From Candidatus Latescibacterota bacterium (GTDB lineage: Bacteria; Krumholzibacteriota; Krumholzibacteriia; WVZY01; JAKEHA01), in assembly GCA_963707635.1 (NCBI GenBank), contig OY970173.1:3104001-3168000 (forward strand): a stretch of 64,000 nt of DNA, written 5' to 3'. The position numbers were made by a program, and so were the translations under genes. The notes below the pieces were generated by a model. The model did not search any database. It was not told the DNA's origin and saw only the letters and a program-made list of their open reading frames with translations. Position 1 is the stretch's first letter. Each line of letters begins with the position of its first letter. Shown here piece after piece: positions 23,764-34,179 of this stretch.

Positions 23764-25032
23764 ATGAAGCCCCCGAAGGAACCCCTGCTCGACCGTTTTC
23801 TGCGCTACGTCAAGATCGACACCCGCTCGGACGAGAACTCGACGACCTGCCCGAGCACGCCGAAGCAATGGGATCTGCTTCGCCTCCTGCACGAAGAACT
23901 GCTCGGCCTCGGACTGAAGGACGCGTCCATCGACGAGAACGGGTACGTGTTCGCAACCGTGCCGTCGAACCTGCCCCCGGAGCAGGCCGACAAGGTTCCC
24001 GTGGTCGGGTTCCTCGCGCATGTCGACACCGCCCCCGCCATCACCGGCACCAACGTCAAGCCGGTCGTCCATCGCAACTACCAGGGCGGCGACATCGCGC
24101 TCCCCGGCGACCCGAGTCAGGTCATCCACGCGTCCGACTATCCGAACCTCGAGAAGATGTACATCGGCATGGACATCGTCACCTCCGACGGGACCACGCT
24201 CCTGGGCGCCGACGACAAGGCGGGCGTGGCGGAAGTCATGACCGCCGTCGACATGTTCCTCCAGAATCCGGACATCCCGCGCGGCGCCGTGAAGGTCGGC
24301 TTCAACCCCGATGAGGAAATCGGGCGCGGCGCCGACAAGTTCGACGTGAAACGATTCGGCGCGGAGTTCGCGTATACCATGGACGGCGGACCGCTCGGCG
24401 AGATCGAATTCGAGACCTTCAACGCCTTCGGCGCGGTCGTCACCATCGAGGGGTTCGGCGTGCACCCGGGCTACGCCAAGGGCAAGCTCATCAACGCGAT
24501 CCGCATCCTGGGTGATTTCGTGACGCGGCTGCCGCGCGAAATGAGCCCCGAGATGACCGACGCGCGCGACGGGTACATCCACCCCTACGTGGTCGAGGGG
24601 CAGAACGAAGCCGTCAAGCTGCGCCTCCTGTTGCGGGACTTCGAAATGAGCGGGATCGAAAAACAGAAAGCGATCCTGCGCGCGATCGTGGACGAGGTGC
24701 AGAAGATGCACCCCAAGGCGAAGGTCGCGGCGGAGTTCAAGGAGTCGTACCGCAACATGCGCTACCAGATCGAGAAGGAACCGCGGCTGGTGGCCTACGC
24801 CGAAGAGGCGATCCGCCGCATCGGCCACAAGCCGAAGTACACGATCATCCGCGGCGGCACCGACGGCGCGCGGCTCTCGTACATGAATCTCCCCTGCCCC
24901 AACATCTTCGCGGGCGGCGAGGCGATCCACTCCACGCTCGAATGGGTCCCGGTGCAGGTGATGAACCACGCGGCCGAGACCATCGTGCGTCTGGCCGAAG
25001 TGTGGGCGGAGCGATCCACCACGCGGCAGTAG
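23764..25032 (+). CDS. pepT: Peptidase T (tripeptide aminopeptidase)
   Basis: RFLRYVKIDT, AHVDT, TLLGADDKAG, PDEEIGRG and IRGGTDG. Confidence 0.95.
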   Translation: MKPPKEPLLDRFLRYVKIDTRSDENSTTCPSTPKQWDLLRLLHEELLGLGLKDASIDENGYVFATVPSNLPPEQADKVPVVGFLAHVDTAPAITGTNVKPVVHRNYQGGDIALPGDPSQVIHASDYPNLEKMYIGMDIVTSDGTTLLGADDKAGVAEVMTAVDMFLQNPDIPRGAVKVGFNPDEEIGRGADKFDVKRFGAEFAYTMDGGPLGEIEFETFNAFGAVVTIEGFGVHPGYAKGKLINAIRILGDFVTRLPREMSPEMTDARDGYIHPYVVEGQNEAVKLRLLLRDFEMSGIEKQKAILRAIVDEVQKMHPKAKVAAEFKESYRNMRYQIEKEPRLVAYAEEAIRRIGHKPKYTIIRGGTDGARLSYMNLPCPNIFAGGEAIHSTLEWVPVQVMNHAAETIVRLAEVWAERSTTRQ

Positions 25033-25048
25033 CCCGCGCCCACGCGTC

Positions 25049-25873
25049 ATGTGTCGCTGGATGGCATATCAGGGCGGCTCGATTCTCCTCGAAGACGTTC
25101 TCTTCAACGTTCAACACAACCTCATCGACCAGAGCATGAGCTCGCGGTCGCGCGAGACTCCGACCAACGGCGACGGCTTTGGGCTCGGCTGGTACGGCGC
25201 ACGCGAACGACCGGGCCTGTTTCGCAGCATCCGGCCGGCGTGGAACGACATGAACCTCCGCGACCTGGCCGGACAGATCGAGTCGCGCCTGTTCCTGGCG
25301 CACGTGCGCGCCACGTCGCTCGCATCGATCCAGGAGACGAACTGCCATCCATTTCGCTTCGAGAACTGGCTATTCGTCCACAACGGAGAGATTTTCGATT
25401 TCGAGAAGTTGCGCCGCGACCTTCTTTTCGCCGTGGCGCCGGAGTACTTCGAGAATATTCAAGGCACGACGGATTCCGAAATCATGTTTCATCTCGCGTT
25501 GACGTTCGGGTTACAGAAAGACGCGCCCGCCGCGCTCGCCCGTATGGCCGGTTTCATCGAACAGGTGGGACGCAAGCATGGAATCGCCGAATCGCTGTGG
25601 ATGACATTGGGTGTGAGTGACGGGAAGACCATCTACGGCGTTCGTTACGCGAGCGACGACGACGCCCCGACGCTCTACCACACCCGTGATGTCGAGGATG
25701 TCTACCGCATCAATCCGGCGATCAAGGGACGCTTTGGGCCTTCCGCCCGGGGCCTCGTGTCGGAGCCGATCGGCGAGTACGCCGAGATGTGGGTCGCGCT
25801 GCCGCAGGCGTCGTTGCTGATCGCGCGTGAAGGGGACATCGAGACTCGTCCTTTTCAGCCGCTATTCGATTGA
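25049..25873 (+). CDS. Class II glutamine amidotransferase (EgtC/YafJ-like)
   Basis: N-terminal MCR, NGDGFGLGWY, AHVRA, NCHPF, HNG and GTTDSE. Confidence 0.9.
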   Translation: MCRWMAYQGGSILLEDVLFNVQHNLIDQSMSSRSRETPTNGDGFGLGWYGARERPGLFRSIRPAWNDMNLRDLAGQIESRLFLAHVRATSLASIQETNCHPFRFENWLFVHNGEIFDFEKLRRDLLFAVAPEYFENIQGTTDSEIMFHLALTFGLQKDAPAALARMAGFIEQVGRKHGIAESLWMTLGVSDGKTIYGVRYASDDDAPTLYHTRDVEDVYRINPAIKGRFGPSARGLVSEPIGEYAEMWVALPQASLLIAREGDIETRPFQPLFD

Positions 25874-25925
25874 CGCTCCGGGCGGCGCCGGGAGGATGGC
25901 GCCGACCCGATCAGTCGCCTCGAAC

Positions 25926-27014
25926 TCAATGCCCGGTGTGCTTGCGCCACGCCCCCCGCGCCTTCTGCCATTGATACGCCAGTCGGATACGGAGCGGCCG
26001 CGGGAGCCGGTGCCCCGTCCGGGCGGCCAGGTACTCCCTCGCCAGCACAGTCTGGCCGACTTCTCCACCCGACGGCCACAAGGACTGCAGAGAAACAAAC
26101 TCCGCCGTCGCGCGCTCCGCTTGGCCCTGATGCGCAAGGAATTTCACGCGCGAGAGCGACACATGCGCGGCGCCGAGCACATCGCCGTCCTCGCGAAGCC
26201 AACCTGCCGCGCGATCGAGCAGGCGGAGCCCGTCGTCGGTCGACACGCTGGCCACGTGATCTTCGAAGCGTTCGAGTTCCCCGCTTGGGATCGCGGACGC
26301 CAGCCGGAACGCCACGGTGGTTCCACCGAGCACGTTGTGTACGGGCTCGACGTGAGCGTCGAGGCGCGCCATCATCATCGGCACCCAGTACGCGCCCCAG
26401 TACTTGAAATCCTGACACACCAGCAGAGTTTTCCCGGGAAGGAGTCGGCTGGACAGCGTCAGCAACAGATGACGCATGCCGCGCCACGACTTGGCCCCGT
26501 CGATGAAAAGAATCTCGACCGGGTCGCCGCCCGGGAGTCCCTCGAACGGAGCCATCGCCTTTTCTCCGGAGAAGCGCGTGGCGCCGGCATCGGCGTCGCC
26601 CTCGATCGTCTCGTCGGGAAGCGCGCGGGCATGCGACACCACGAGATCCGTGTAACCCACGATGTTTCTCAAGAAGAAAGGCTCGAAGGAATCACCGGGA
26701 CTAAGCGGAAGCGGGGCGCGCGCCGCCATGAACTTGCGCCAGAGAAAGTTGTCGACCGCGTGGAGCTTTCCGCGCGCGGCGCGACCCGACGCGCGCATGC
26801 CGGCAGCAAGACAGACCGTGCTCCCGCCGAGCCACGGCCCGATCTCGACCACCGTCCCCGCGCCCGACCATTCGTCCTTCCCGAGCCAGAAGAGATATCG
26901 CTTCTCCTCGTCGGCAAGCATGGTGGGAACGGAACGCGGGTAGTCGAAGGAGATGGACTTCCAGGCGCGGTGTTCCATGAGTTCAAAGAAGATGGCCGCC
27001 AGTGATGCGTTCAC
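25926..27014 (-). CDS. Class I SAM-dependent methyltransferase
   Basis: VVEIGPWLGGST motif I, AVDNF and ILFIDGAK. Confidence 0.75.
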   Translation of the reverse strand: MNASLAAIFFELMEHRAWKSISFDYPRSVPTMLADEEKRYLFWLGKDEWSGAGTVVEIGPWLGGSTVCLAAGMRASGRAARGKLHAVDNFLWRKFMAARAPLPLSPGDSFEPFFLRNIVGYTDLVVSHARALPDETIEGDADAGATRFSGEKAMAPFEGLPGGDPVEILFIDGAKSWRGMRHLLLTLSSRLLPGKTLLVCQDFKYWGAYWVPMMMARLDAHVEPVHNVLGGTTVAFRLASAIPSGELERFEDHVASVSTDDGLRLLDRAAGWLREDGDVLGAAHVSLSRVKFLAHQGQAERATAEFVSLQSLWPSGGEVGQTVLAREYLAARTGHRLPRPLRIRLAYQWQKARGAWRKHTGH

Positions 27015-27052
27015 CGGCGGCCATCATGGTAAGTCAACCAGGTCGATTGATG

Positions 27053-27646
27053 CTAGTGATAGAGCGACTTCACGCGCCCCCACGTTGTCGACTCGACGGC
27101 GAGCGGCGGCGCACATGGGCAGCTGGAGTTTTCGTTGATCACCGCTGAGCCACCCGAGATTGGCACATAACGATTGAAGCAGTCAAACGCCAAGACGACA
27201 TGAGGGTAGGCAGGGTTCCACGTCGGTAGAACCGGTAGAACCGGATAATGGCAACATTCCTGGGCGTCACCGGTGGCCTCGAAGATAATCTTCCCAACGT
27301 AGACTGGGAGCGGCAGGCATGCCATGTAGCCTACCTCCAACCCCGAACCTTGGGACGACCCGGCAAACACGAAACCCGCGGGGAAGCCATCGCCGACCCA
27401 GGTCGCGCCTATCCAACATTCGGGTTTGGGCGCTCTGAACACAGTCGCAGCGCGCGACCCAGCGCCAACATGGATTACATAGACGATCACAGTTCGCACT
27501 TCGGTATCGCTAATGGAACAGTCCGTCCCCGCCTTATCCGCGAAGAGCGCGATCTTCTCCGTCGTCTGCGCTTGAACCGGCGAGGTGGCCAAAAGCATGA
27601 GCAATGGTGTTACCAGGAGCGCGAGCGTGATCTTCATAGCGTTCAT
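27053..27646 (-). CDS. Secreted Cys-rich hypothetical protein with C-terminal TWGRVKSLYH tail
   Basis: Signal peptide ending VQA; tandem paralog of 27661-28224. Confidence 0.8.
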   Translation of the reverse strand: MNAMKITLALLVTPLLMLLATSPVQAQTTEKIALFADKAGTDCSISDTEVRTVIVYVIHVGAGSRAATVFRAPKPECWIGATWVGDGFPAGFVFAGSSQGSGLEVGYMACLPLPVYVGKIIFEATGDAQECCHYPVLPVLPTWNPAYPHVVLAFDCFNRYVPISGGSAVINENSSCPCAPPLAVESTTWGRVKSLYH

Positions 27647-27660
27647 TCCTAGCGGCCCGA

Positions 27661-28224
27661 CTAGTCATACAGCGACTTTACACGCCCCCATGTCGTCGAC
27701 TCGACCGCGAGGGGCGGTGCACACGGGCAGCTGTCATTCTCATTGATGACGGCCGATCCCCCGAGTATCGGTAATTCTCTCCCCTGACAGTCACCGCTGA
27801 GAACACTCTCCGGTCTGTATTCGGACGGCAGGACGTTGTACACGCAACAAGCTTGGGCCGCGCCCGTGACTTCGAAGACCATCTTTCCGACGTAGACGGG
27901 AAGGGGCAAGCAGGCCCGGTACGCCACACTGCAGTCCGGGCCCTGACTCTGACCAGCGACTCCATATCCCAAGAAGTCGTCACCGACCCAGGTTGCGCCC
28001 GTCCAGCATTCGGGCTTGGGAGCCCGGAACTCGCATCCACCGCGCATACCGGTCCCCACATGGAATATGTAGACAAATACCGTCCCCGCCCTTGTATCCG
28101 AGATGGAGCAATCCGTCCCAAACTTATCCGCGTAGAGCATGATCCCTTCGGCTGTCTGCGCTTGTACCAGTGATTTACCAGACAGCACGAGCACCAAACT
28201 CAACAGCACGGTCGCGATCTTCAT
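27661..28224 (-). CDS. Secreted Cys-rich hypothetical protein with C-terminal TWGRVKSLYD tail
   Basis: Signal peptide ending VQA; shares ADKxGTDCSISDT, FRAPKPECW.GATWVGD, ACLPLPVYVGK and CPCAPPLAVESTTWGRVKSLY with its neighbour. Confidence 0.8.
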   Translation of the reverse strand: MKIATVLLSLVLVLSGKSLVQAQTAEGIMLYADKFGTDCSISDTRAGTVFVYIFHVGTGMRGGCEFRAPKPECWTGATWVGDDFLGYGVAGQSQGPDCSVAYRACLPLPVYVGKMVFEVTGAAQACCVYNVLPSEYRPESVLSGDCQGRELPILGGSAVINENDSCPCAPPLAVESTTWGRVKSLYD

Positions 28225-28294
28225 GGCGTCCTTTCGTGGCGGCCCACTGCGACGCCATAGTTTACCGCCTAATTAACTATGATGCAATGGACTT

Positions 28295-29110
28295 CTAGCG
28301 CAGCAGAAACGCCGCGACTACCGCCGCCAGCGCGATCCGATAGTAGGCGAACAGCTGCAGCCCGTGGCCGCGAAGGAAGCTCAAGAGGAAGCGGATGACG
28401 ACCCACCCTGCGATCGCGGAGGTGGCGACGCCGACGGCCAGCGCGGTCAACTCCGCGGACGAGACCGGTCCGGCGAACAGATCGATCGATTTCTTGATGC
28501 CCGCTCCCAGCATGAGCGGCGACGCCATCAGAAACGAAAAGCGCGCCGCCTGGTCGCGTTTGAGGCCACACATCATGCCGGTCACGATCGTGATCCCGGA
28601 CCGCGATACTCCGGGAATGAGGGCGAGCGTCTGCGACGCACCGATGGCCACCGCACTCCAGAACGTGAGCGATTGCATCTCCCCGGAGTGTTTGAACCGG
28701 CGCTCGACCCACAGAAACACCAGCGCGCCGAGCACGAGCGTCACCACGATCACCGCGGGATGTCTGAAATAGAACTCGATCTGTTTTTCGAACAGAAAAC
28801 CTACGATCCCCGCGGGGACGCACGCCGCGATTACATACCACGAGAGCCGGCTGGCGGGGTCGGCGTTGCCGTCGCGCTTCGCGATACTCACGAGAAACCC
28901 GCGCGCGAGATCGCGCAGGTCGCCCCAGAAATACACGACGACCGCAATCAGCGTCCCGATGTGCAGCGCCACGTCGAAGGTCAGCCCGTCGACCACGTCG
29001 AAGTCGAGCGCAGTGCGCGCCAGGATCAGGTGCGCAGATGACGAAATGGGAAGAAACTCGGTGATGGCCTGGACCAGCCCCAGGATGACGGCGAGCGTAA
29101 TGACGGACAC
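28295..29110 (-). CDS. uppP: Undecaprenyl-diphosphate phosphatase
   Basis: ITEFLPISSSAHL, ALIPGVSRSG, AARFSFL and FAYYRI. Confidence 0.95.
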   Translation of the reverse strand: MSVITLAVILGLVQAITEFLPISSSAHLILARTALDFDVVDGLTFDVALHIGTLIAVVVYFWGDLRDLARGFLVSIAKRDGNADPASRLSWYVIAACVPAGIVGFLFEKQIEFYFRHPAVIVVTLVLGALVFLWVERRFKHSGEMQSLTFWSAVAIGASQTLALIPGVSRSGITIVTGMMCGLKRDQAARFSFLMASPLMLGAGIKKSIDLFAGPVSSAELTALAVGVATSAIAGWVVIRFLLSFLRGHGLQLFAYYRIALAAVVAAFLLR

Positions 29111-29137
29111 GTGGACTCCGATCGATGAAAGTAATGA

Positions 29138-29629
29138 TCAGCGGCGGTTCAACACGTCGCGGATGAACGCTTCCGGGTCCGCCGGCGAGACGACGACCAC
29201 GCGGTCGCTGAAGCGAAGAATCACGCATCGCGCCGGGTCGGTCACGAAGGCGCGGTATCGTCCGAGTTTGCTGCTTTGAAACACTCCGGTAAATGAAAAG
29301 AACCCGCCGTTTCCAAACAACCGGATGCTCCCGCGGAGCGCCGCGGGATCGACCACCGCGGATTCCAGTTTGTTGCGCGCCAGGCGTGTGCTCCAGAGCA
29401 GGCGCTCGATCAGGATCTCGTCGGCGGTCACGACGTAGCCGCGAATCATGAACAGCGCGGAGAAGGCCATGACCGCCAGCGGGAGCATGGCGATCCACGC
29501 GGCGTAGCGCCCGACTTCGGCGTTGCCTACCTGCGACCACATGAGAACCGCGACTCCGACACAGATCACGCTCGCGAAAAGCGACATGACGACCAGGAGT
29601 TTTCCCCAGGGCGCGGGATGCCGTTTCAC
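29138..29629 (-). CDS. Membrane protein with bacterial PH domain
   Basis: Two TM helices followed by IRLFGNGGFFSFTG...VVVSP. Confidence 0.7.
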   Translation of the reverse strand: MKRHPAPWGKLLVVMSLFASVICVGVAVLMWSQVGNAEVGRYAAWIAMLPLAVMAFSALFMIRGYVVTADEILIERLLWSTRLARNKLESAVVDPAALRGSIRLFGNGGFFSFTGVFQSSKLGRYRAFVTDPARCVILRFSDRVVVVSPADPEAFIRDVLNRR

Positions 29630-30123
29630 GCCTCTGCTCCAATCTCGACCAGGACGCGGCCGAAGGCGACCTGCTCGCCCGGCTTGCAGCCCACGCGCTT
29701 CACGACGCCGTCCATCGGCGACGCGATCTCGTTGTGCATCTTCATCGATTCCAGCACCGCCACCGCCTGCCCGGCCGTCACGCGGTCCCCAACCGCGACG
29801 TGGACCGCGACGATTGTCCCGGGCATCGGGGCCTCGAGGCGTCCGCTGCCGGCGCCGCCGCCGGTCGAAACCGGACGGTCCGCGTCGACGGCGTCGCGCG
29901 CAACCGCATAACCGTGCCCCCCGATAGAAATCATGAGACCGGCCGAACCATTCGACACGTGGGCGACGTGCGACGCGCGGTCGACCAGAAACGCGAGCGT
30001 CCCGGCCGTCGCGCTCACTTCGCTCACGGCGTGACGCCGCCCGTCGACGGTGACCACGTAACCCTCGCCCGCGCGCTCGACCACCACGTCGCGCCTCACG
30101 CCGTCGATGACGATCGTCGCCAC
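29626..30123 (-). CDS. Biotin carboxyl carrier subunit
   Basis: APMPG and LESMKM biotinylation motif. Confidence 0.9.
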   Translation of the reverse strand: MATIVIDGVRRDVVVERAGEGYVVTVDGRRHAVSEVSATAGTLAFLVDRASHVAHVSNGSAGLMISIGGHGYAVARDAVDADRPVSTGGGAGSGRLEAPMPGTIVAVHVAVGDRVTAGQAVAVLESMKMHNEIASPMDGVVKRVGCKPGEQVAFGRVLVEIGAEA

Positions 30124-30124
30124 G

Positions 30125-31660
30125 CTACCTCACTCCCCCGATTTCCCAGCGGCCGATGCGCTGCCACGGCGATACGTCGCCGGGCTCGCTTCCGCCTGTC
30201 GCGCGGGCGCCGCGCGCCACCCCCAGCTCCTCGACCAGCGCGGCGGCGACGAATACCTCGTCGGACACGCCCGCCCCGGCGGCAACCAGCAATTCGCTCA
30301 CGTGTTCGTCGATGAATGCAGTCGTCACGTCGCCCGCGATGAATTTCGGATGACGCAGGATCCGCTTGTGCAGCTCGATGCCGGTCTGCACGCCGTGCAC
30401 GACGTACTCGTCGAGCGCGCGCAGCATGCGGCGGCGCGCGGTCTCGCGGTCCTCGCCGAACGCCACCAGCTTGGAGAGAATCGGGTCGTAATACGGAGTC
30501 ACTTCCCAGCCCTCGTAGATGCCGCTGTCGTTGCGAATGCCCGGCCCGGACGGTTCGTACAGATACGAGATGACGCCGCACGAGGGCATGAAGTGCTTCG
30601 TCTCGTCTTCGGCGTAGACGCGGCACTCGATGGCGTGGCCGCGCTGCACGAGATCCTTCTGCGCAAAGGCGAGTTTCTCGCCGCGGGCGATGCGCAGCTG
30701 CCACTGCACCAGGTCGATGCCGGTGGTGCATTCCGTGATCGGGTGCTCCACCTGGATGCGCGTGTTCATCTCGAGGAAGTAGAAGTTGCCGGCCGCGTCG
30801 AGCATGAACTCGATGGTCCCGGCGTTCACATAGCCCACCGCCTTCGCGGCGGCGACCGCCGCTGCGCCCATTTTCGCGCGCAGCGCCGGCGTCAGCGCCG
30901 GCGAGGGCGTCTCCTCCAGCACCTTCTGGTGCCGGCGCTGGATCGAGCACTCGCGCTCGAAGAGGTGGACGATGTTGCCATGAGCGTCGGCGAGCACCTG
31001 AAACTCGACGTGACGCGGGCGCTCGATGCGCTTCTCGACATAGACGGTGTCGTCGCCGAACGCCGATTTGGCCTCGCCGATCGCGGCGCGCGCGGCGGCC
31101 TCGACCTGCGAACGGTCGGTCACGAGCCGGAGCCCCTTGCCGCCACCGCCCGCCGACGCTTTGATGAAGATGGGGCCGTCGATCTTCTTGGCAGCCTCGG
31201 CAATGGCCCGCGGGTCGTTGCTCCCGCCGTCGGTGCCCGGCACGATAGGCACACCCGCCTTCTTCATGATCGCGCGCGAGCCGATCTTCGAACCCATGGC
31301 GCGAATCGCGCTCGACGGCGGGCCGACGAACGTGAGCCCTTCGCGCTCGACGCGCTCGGCGAACGTATCATTCTCAGCGAGGAATCCGTATCCGGGGTGG
31401 ATCGCGTCCGCGCCGGTCGTGCGCGCGGCCGCGAGGATGGCGTCCTGGTTCAAGTACGACTCCAGCGGCGACGGCGGACCGATGCACACGGCTTCGTTCG
31501 CCTGTTGGACGTGGAGGCTGCGGCGGTCGGCCTCGGAGAAGACGGCGACGGTCGGGATGCCGAGTTCGCGGCAGGCGCGGATGATGCGCACGGCGATCTC
31601 GCCCCGGTTGGCGACGAGGACTTTGGTCACGGGTCGCGTGGTGTCACGACGCTTCGCCAA
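30125..31660 (-). CDS. Biotin carboxylase subunit of an acyl-CoA (probably 3-methylcrotonyl-CoA) carboxylase
   Basis: ANRGEIA, HPGYGFLAEN, RECSIQRRHQK and FLEMNTRIQVEH. Confidence 0.92.
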   Translation of the reverse strand: MAKRRDTTRPVTKVLVANRGEIAVRIIRACRELGIPTVAVFSEADRRSLHVQQANEAVCIGPPSPLESYLNQDAILAAARTTGADAIHPGYGFLAENDTFAERVEREGLTFVGPPSSAIRAMGSKIGSRAIMKKAGVPIVPGTDGGSNDPRAIAEAAKKIDGPIFIKASAGGGGKGLRLVTDRSQVEAAARAAIGEAKSAFGDDTVYVEKRIERPRHVEFQVLADAHGNIVHLFERECSIQRRHQKVLEETPSPALTPALRAKMGAAAVAAAKAVGYVNAGTIEFMLDAAGNFYFLEMNTRIQVEHPITECTTGIDLVQWQLRIARGEKLAFAQKDLVQRGHAIECRVYAEDETKHFMPSCGVISYLYEPSGPGIRNDSGIYEGWEVTPYYDPILSKLVAFGEDRETARRRMLRALDEYVVHGVQTGIELHKRILRHPKFIAGDVTTAFIDEHVSELLVAAGAGVSDEVFVAAALVEELGVARGARATGGSEPGDVSPWQRIGRWEIGGVR

Positions 31661-31663
31661 CCG

Positions 31664-32452
31664 CTACTCCTCGACGTCCCAGTTCGGCTTGCGCTTCTCG
31701 AAGAACGCGGCGAAGCCCTCCTGCCCTTCGGGCGCGCCGCGCAGCCCCGCGATCGTCCGCGCGGTGAACTCCTGCACGGACTCGATCGGCGCCCCGGCCA
31801 CGCGGTTGATGAGCTGCTTGGTGGTCGCGATCGCCTTCGGGGCGGCCTTGAGGAAGCGCTTCGCCCACTCGCCCGTGGCGGCGTCGAGCCGGTCCGCCGC
31901 CACCACCTCGTTGACGAGCCCGAGCGCGCGCGCTTCCGCCGCATCGAAGCTGCGGCCGGTCAGAAAGAGATCGTGTGCGCTCGCCTCACCGATCTTGCGC
32001 AGCACGTACGGCGAGATCGCCGCCGGCGCGATGCCCAGGAGGATCTCGCGCAGGCCGAACTTCGCCGTGTCGGTTGTCACGGCCACGTCGCACGCGCTCA
32101 CCAGGCCGACCCCGCCCCCCATGCATGCGCCGTTGACGCGCGCGATGGTCGCCTTCGGCAACCGGTAGAGTGCCTCCATCATGCGCGCGAACACGAGTGC
32201 GTCGCGGACGTTCTCGTCGAACGAGTACGCGGCCACCTTCTTCATCCAGTTGAGATCCGCGCCGGCGGAGAACACCTCTCCGGCGCCGGTGAGCACCATC
32301 ACGCGCACCACCTCGTCGGCCGCCACCACGCCCAGCGCGTCGGTCAGCTCCGCGATCATGACTTCGTCGAAGGCGTTCTTTGCGGCCGGCCGGTCCAGCG
32401 TGATGCGGGCGACCGACCCGCTCTTCTCGATGCGCAGCGTGGTGTAGGCCAT
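31664..32452 (-). CDS. liuC: Enoyl-CoA hydratase family protein, probable methylglutaconyl-CoA hydratase
   Basis: FSAGADLNWM, GGGVGLVSACD, ISPYV and EGFAAFFEKRKP; lies between the MCC subunit genes. Confidence 0.85.
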   Translation of the reverse strand: MAYTTLRIEKSGSVARITLDRPAAKNAFDEVMIAELTDALGVVAADEVVRVMVLTGAGEVFSAGADLNWMKKVAAYSFDENVRDALVFARMMEALYRLPKATIARVNGACMGGGVGLVSACDVAVTTDTAKFGLREILLGIAPAAISPYVLRKIGEASAHDLFLTGRSFDAAEARALGLVNEVVAADRLDAATGEWAKRFLKAAPKAIATTKQLINRVAGAPIESVQEFTARTIAGLRGAPEGQEGFAAFFEKRKPNWDVEE

Positions 32453-32454
32453 GG

Positions 32455-34058
32455 TTACATCCGGAACACGCCGAAGCGGTGATCCGGTATCGGCGCGTTG
32501 AGCGAGAGGCTGATCCCGAGTGCGAGCGCCTGGCGGGTGTCGACGGGATCGAGGACGCCGTCGTCCCAGAGGCGCGCGGTCGAGTAGTAGGCGCTGCCTT
32601 CGCGCTCGTACTTCTCGAGGATCGGTTTCTTGAACTCCGCCTCTGTGATAGCAGAGGTCGCAGGAGCTTTCCCGTCCGACTGCTTCACTGTCCACAGCAC
32701 GTCGGCCGCCTGCTGGCCGCCCATCACGGAGATCTTCGACGACGGCCACATCCACAACAGCCGCGGCGAGTAGCCGCGCCCGCACATGGCGTAGTTGCCG
32801 GCGCCGTAGGACCCGCCGATGATGACCGTGAACTTGGGCACCTGCGCCGCCGCCACCGCGTGCACCATCTTCGCACCGTCGCGCGCGATGCCGCCGTGCT
32901 CGAATTCCTTGCCCACGATGAAGCCGGTGATGTTCTGCAGGAACACGAGCGGGACCTTGCGCGTCGCGCACATGCTGACGAAGTGGGCGCCCTTGCGCGC
33001 GCTCTCCGAGAAGAGAATCCCGTTGTTGGCCACGATCCCGACCGGCTGGCCCATGATGCGCGCGAAGCCCGTGACCAGGGTGGTGCCGTAGCGCGCCTTG
33101 AATTCGTGGAAGCGGCTCCCGTCGACGATGCGCGCGATCACCTCGCGCGAGTCGAACGGCTTCGAGAGGTCCTTCGGGATGATGCCGTAGAGCTCGGCCG
33201 GGTCGTAGTGCGGGTCTTCCGGCTCGTGCGTCTCCAGGCGCGTCTTCCTCGCCCGGCCCAGTCCCTCGACGATATTGCGCAGCAGCTGGATCGCGTGCTC
33301 GTCGTTCTCCGCGAAATGATCGGACACGCCCGAGATGCGCGTGTGCACGTCGGCGCCGCCCAGCTCTTCGGCCGTCACGTCGACGCCGGTGGCCGACTTC
33401 ACCAGCGGCGGCCCGCCAATGAAGATGGTCCCCTGCTCCTTCACGATCACGTTCTCGTCGCTCATCGCGGGCACGTACGCGCCTCCCGCCGTGCATGAGC
33501 CGAGCACCGCGCAGACCTGCGGAATGCCCTGCGCGCTCATGATCGCCTGGTTGTAGAAAATCCGCCCGAAATGATCCTTGTCGGGAAAGACCCCGTCCTG
33601 CAGCGGTAGAAACACGCCGCCCGAATCGACCAGGTAGACGCATGGCAGGCGGTTCTCGATCGCGACCTGCTGCGCGCGCACGTGCTTGAGCACCGTCATC
33701 GGGAAGTAGGTGCCACCCTTGACGGTCGCGTCGTTGGCGACGATCACCACCTCGCGCCCGTGAATCGTCCCCGCGCCGGTGACGACGCCCGCGCTCGGCG
33801 CCTGATCGTCGTACATGCCGTTGGCGGCGAGTGCGCTGAATTCGAGAAACGGTGTGTCGCGGTCGAGGAGCCTGGCGATCCGTTCGCGCGCGGTGAGCTT
33901 GCCGCGCGCCTTGTGCTTCTCGACCGCCGCGGCGGATCCTCCCTGCTTCACCGCAGCGAGACGTTCGCGGAAGCGAGCCAGCGCCTCGCGCTGGAAGGCG
34001 TCGTTCTCCTTGAAAGGTGGCTGGAACCGGTCTGTACTTTCGATTCGATTCGATACAC
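32455..34058 (-). CDS. liuB: Methylcrotonyl-CoA carboxylase carboxyltransferase subunit (frameshift near 34015)
   Basis: [26 protein letters not shown] and ARLWDDG. The N-terminus VYRIESKV lies in the neighbouring frame. Confidence 0.88.
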
Positions 34059-34179
34059 GGGTAACTTTCTGCCCGACTTGTGATTAGCTCCCATGGCGCG
34101 GCGCCGGGACACGCTAGGATAGAACAATCCGAACACGATTATAAGCGTAATTTGTGCGACCCCGCGCTAGAGTGCCGCC

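Noticed and set aside
25049..27014. EgtC-like amidotransferase plus methyltransferase as an ergothioneine cluster
   Set aside because: The genes are convergent, the methyltransferase is not EgtD-like, and no egtB is present.
27053..28224. Paralog pair as a DGR template/variable repeat
   Set aside because: Both are full ORFs, differences are not adenine-specific, and there is no reverse transcriptase in the window.
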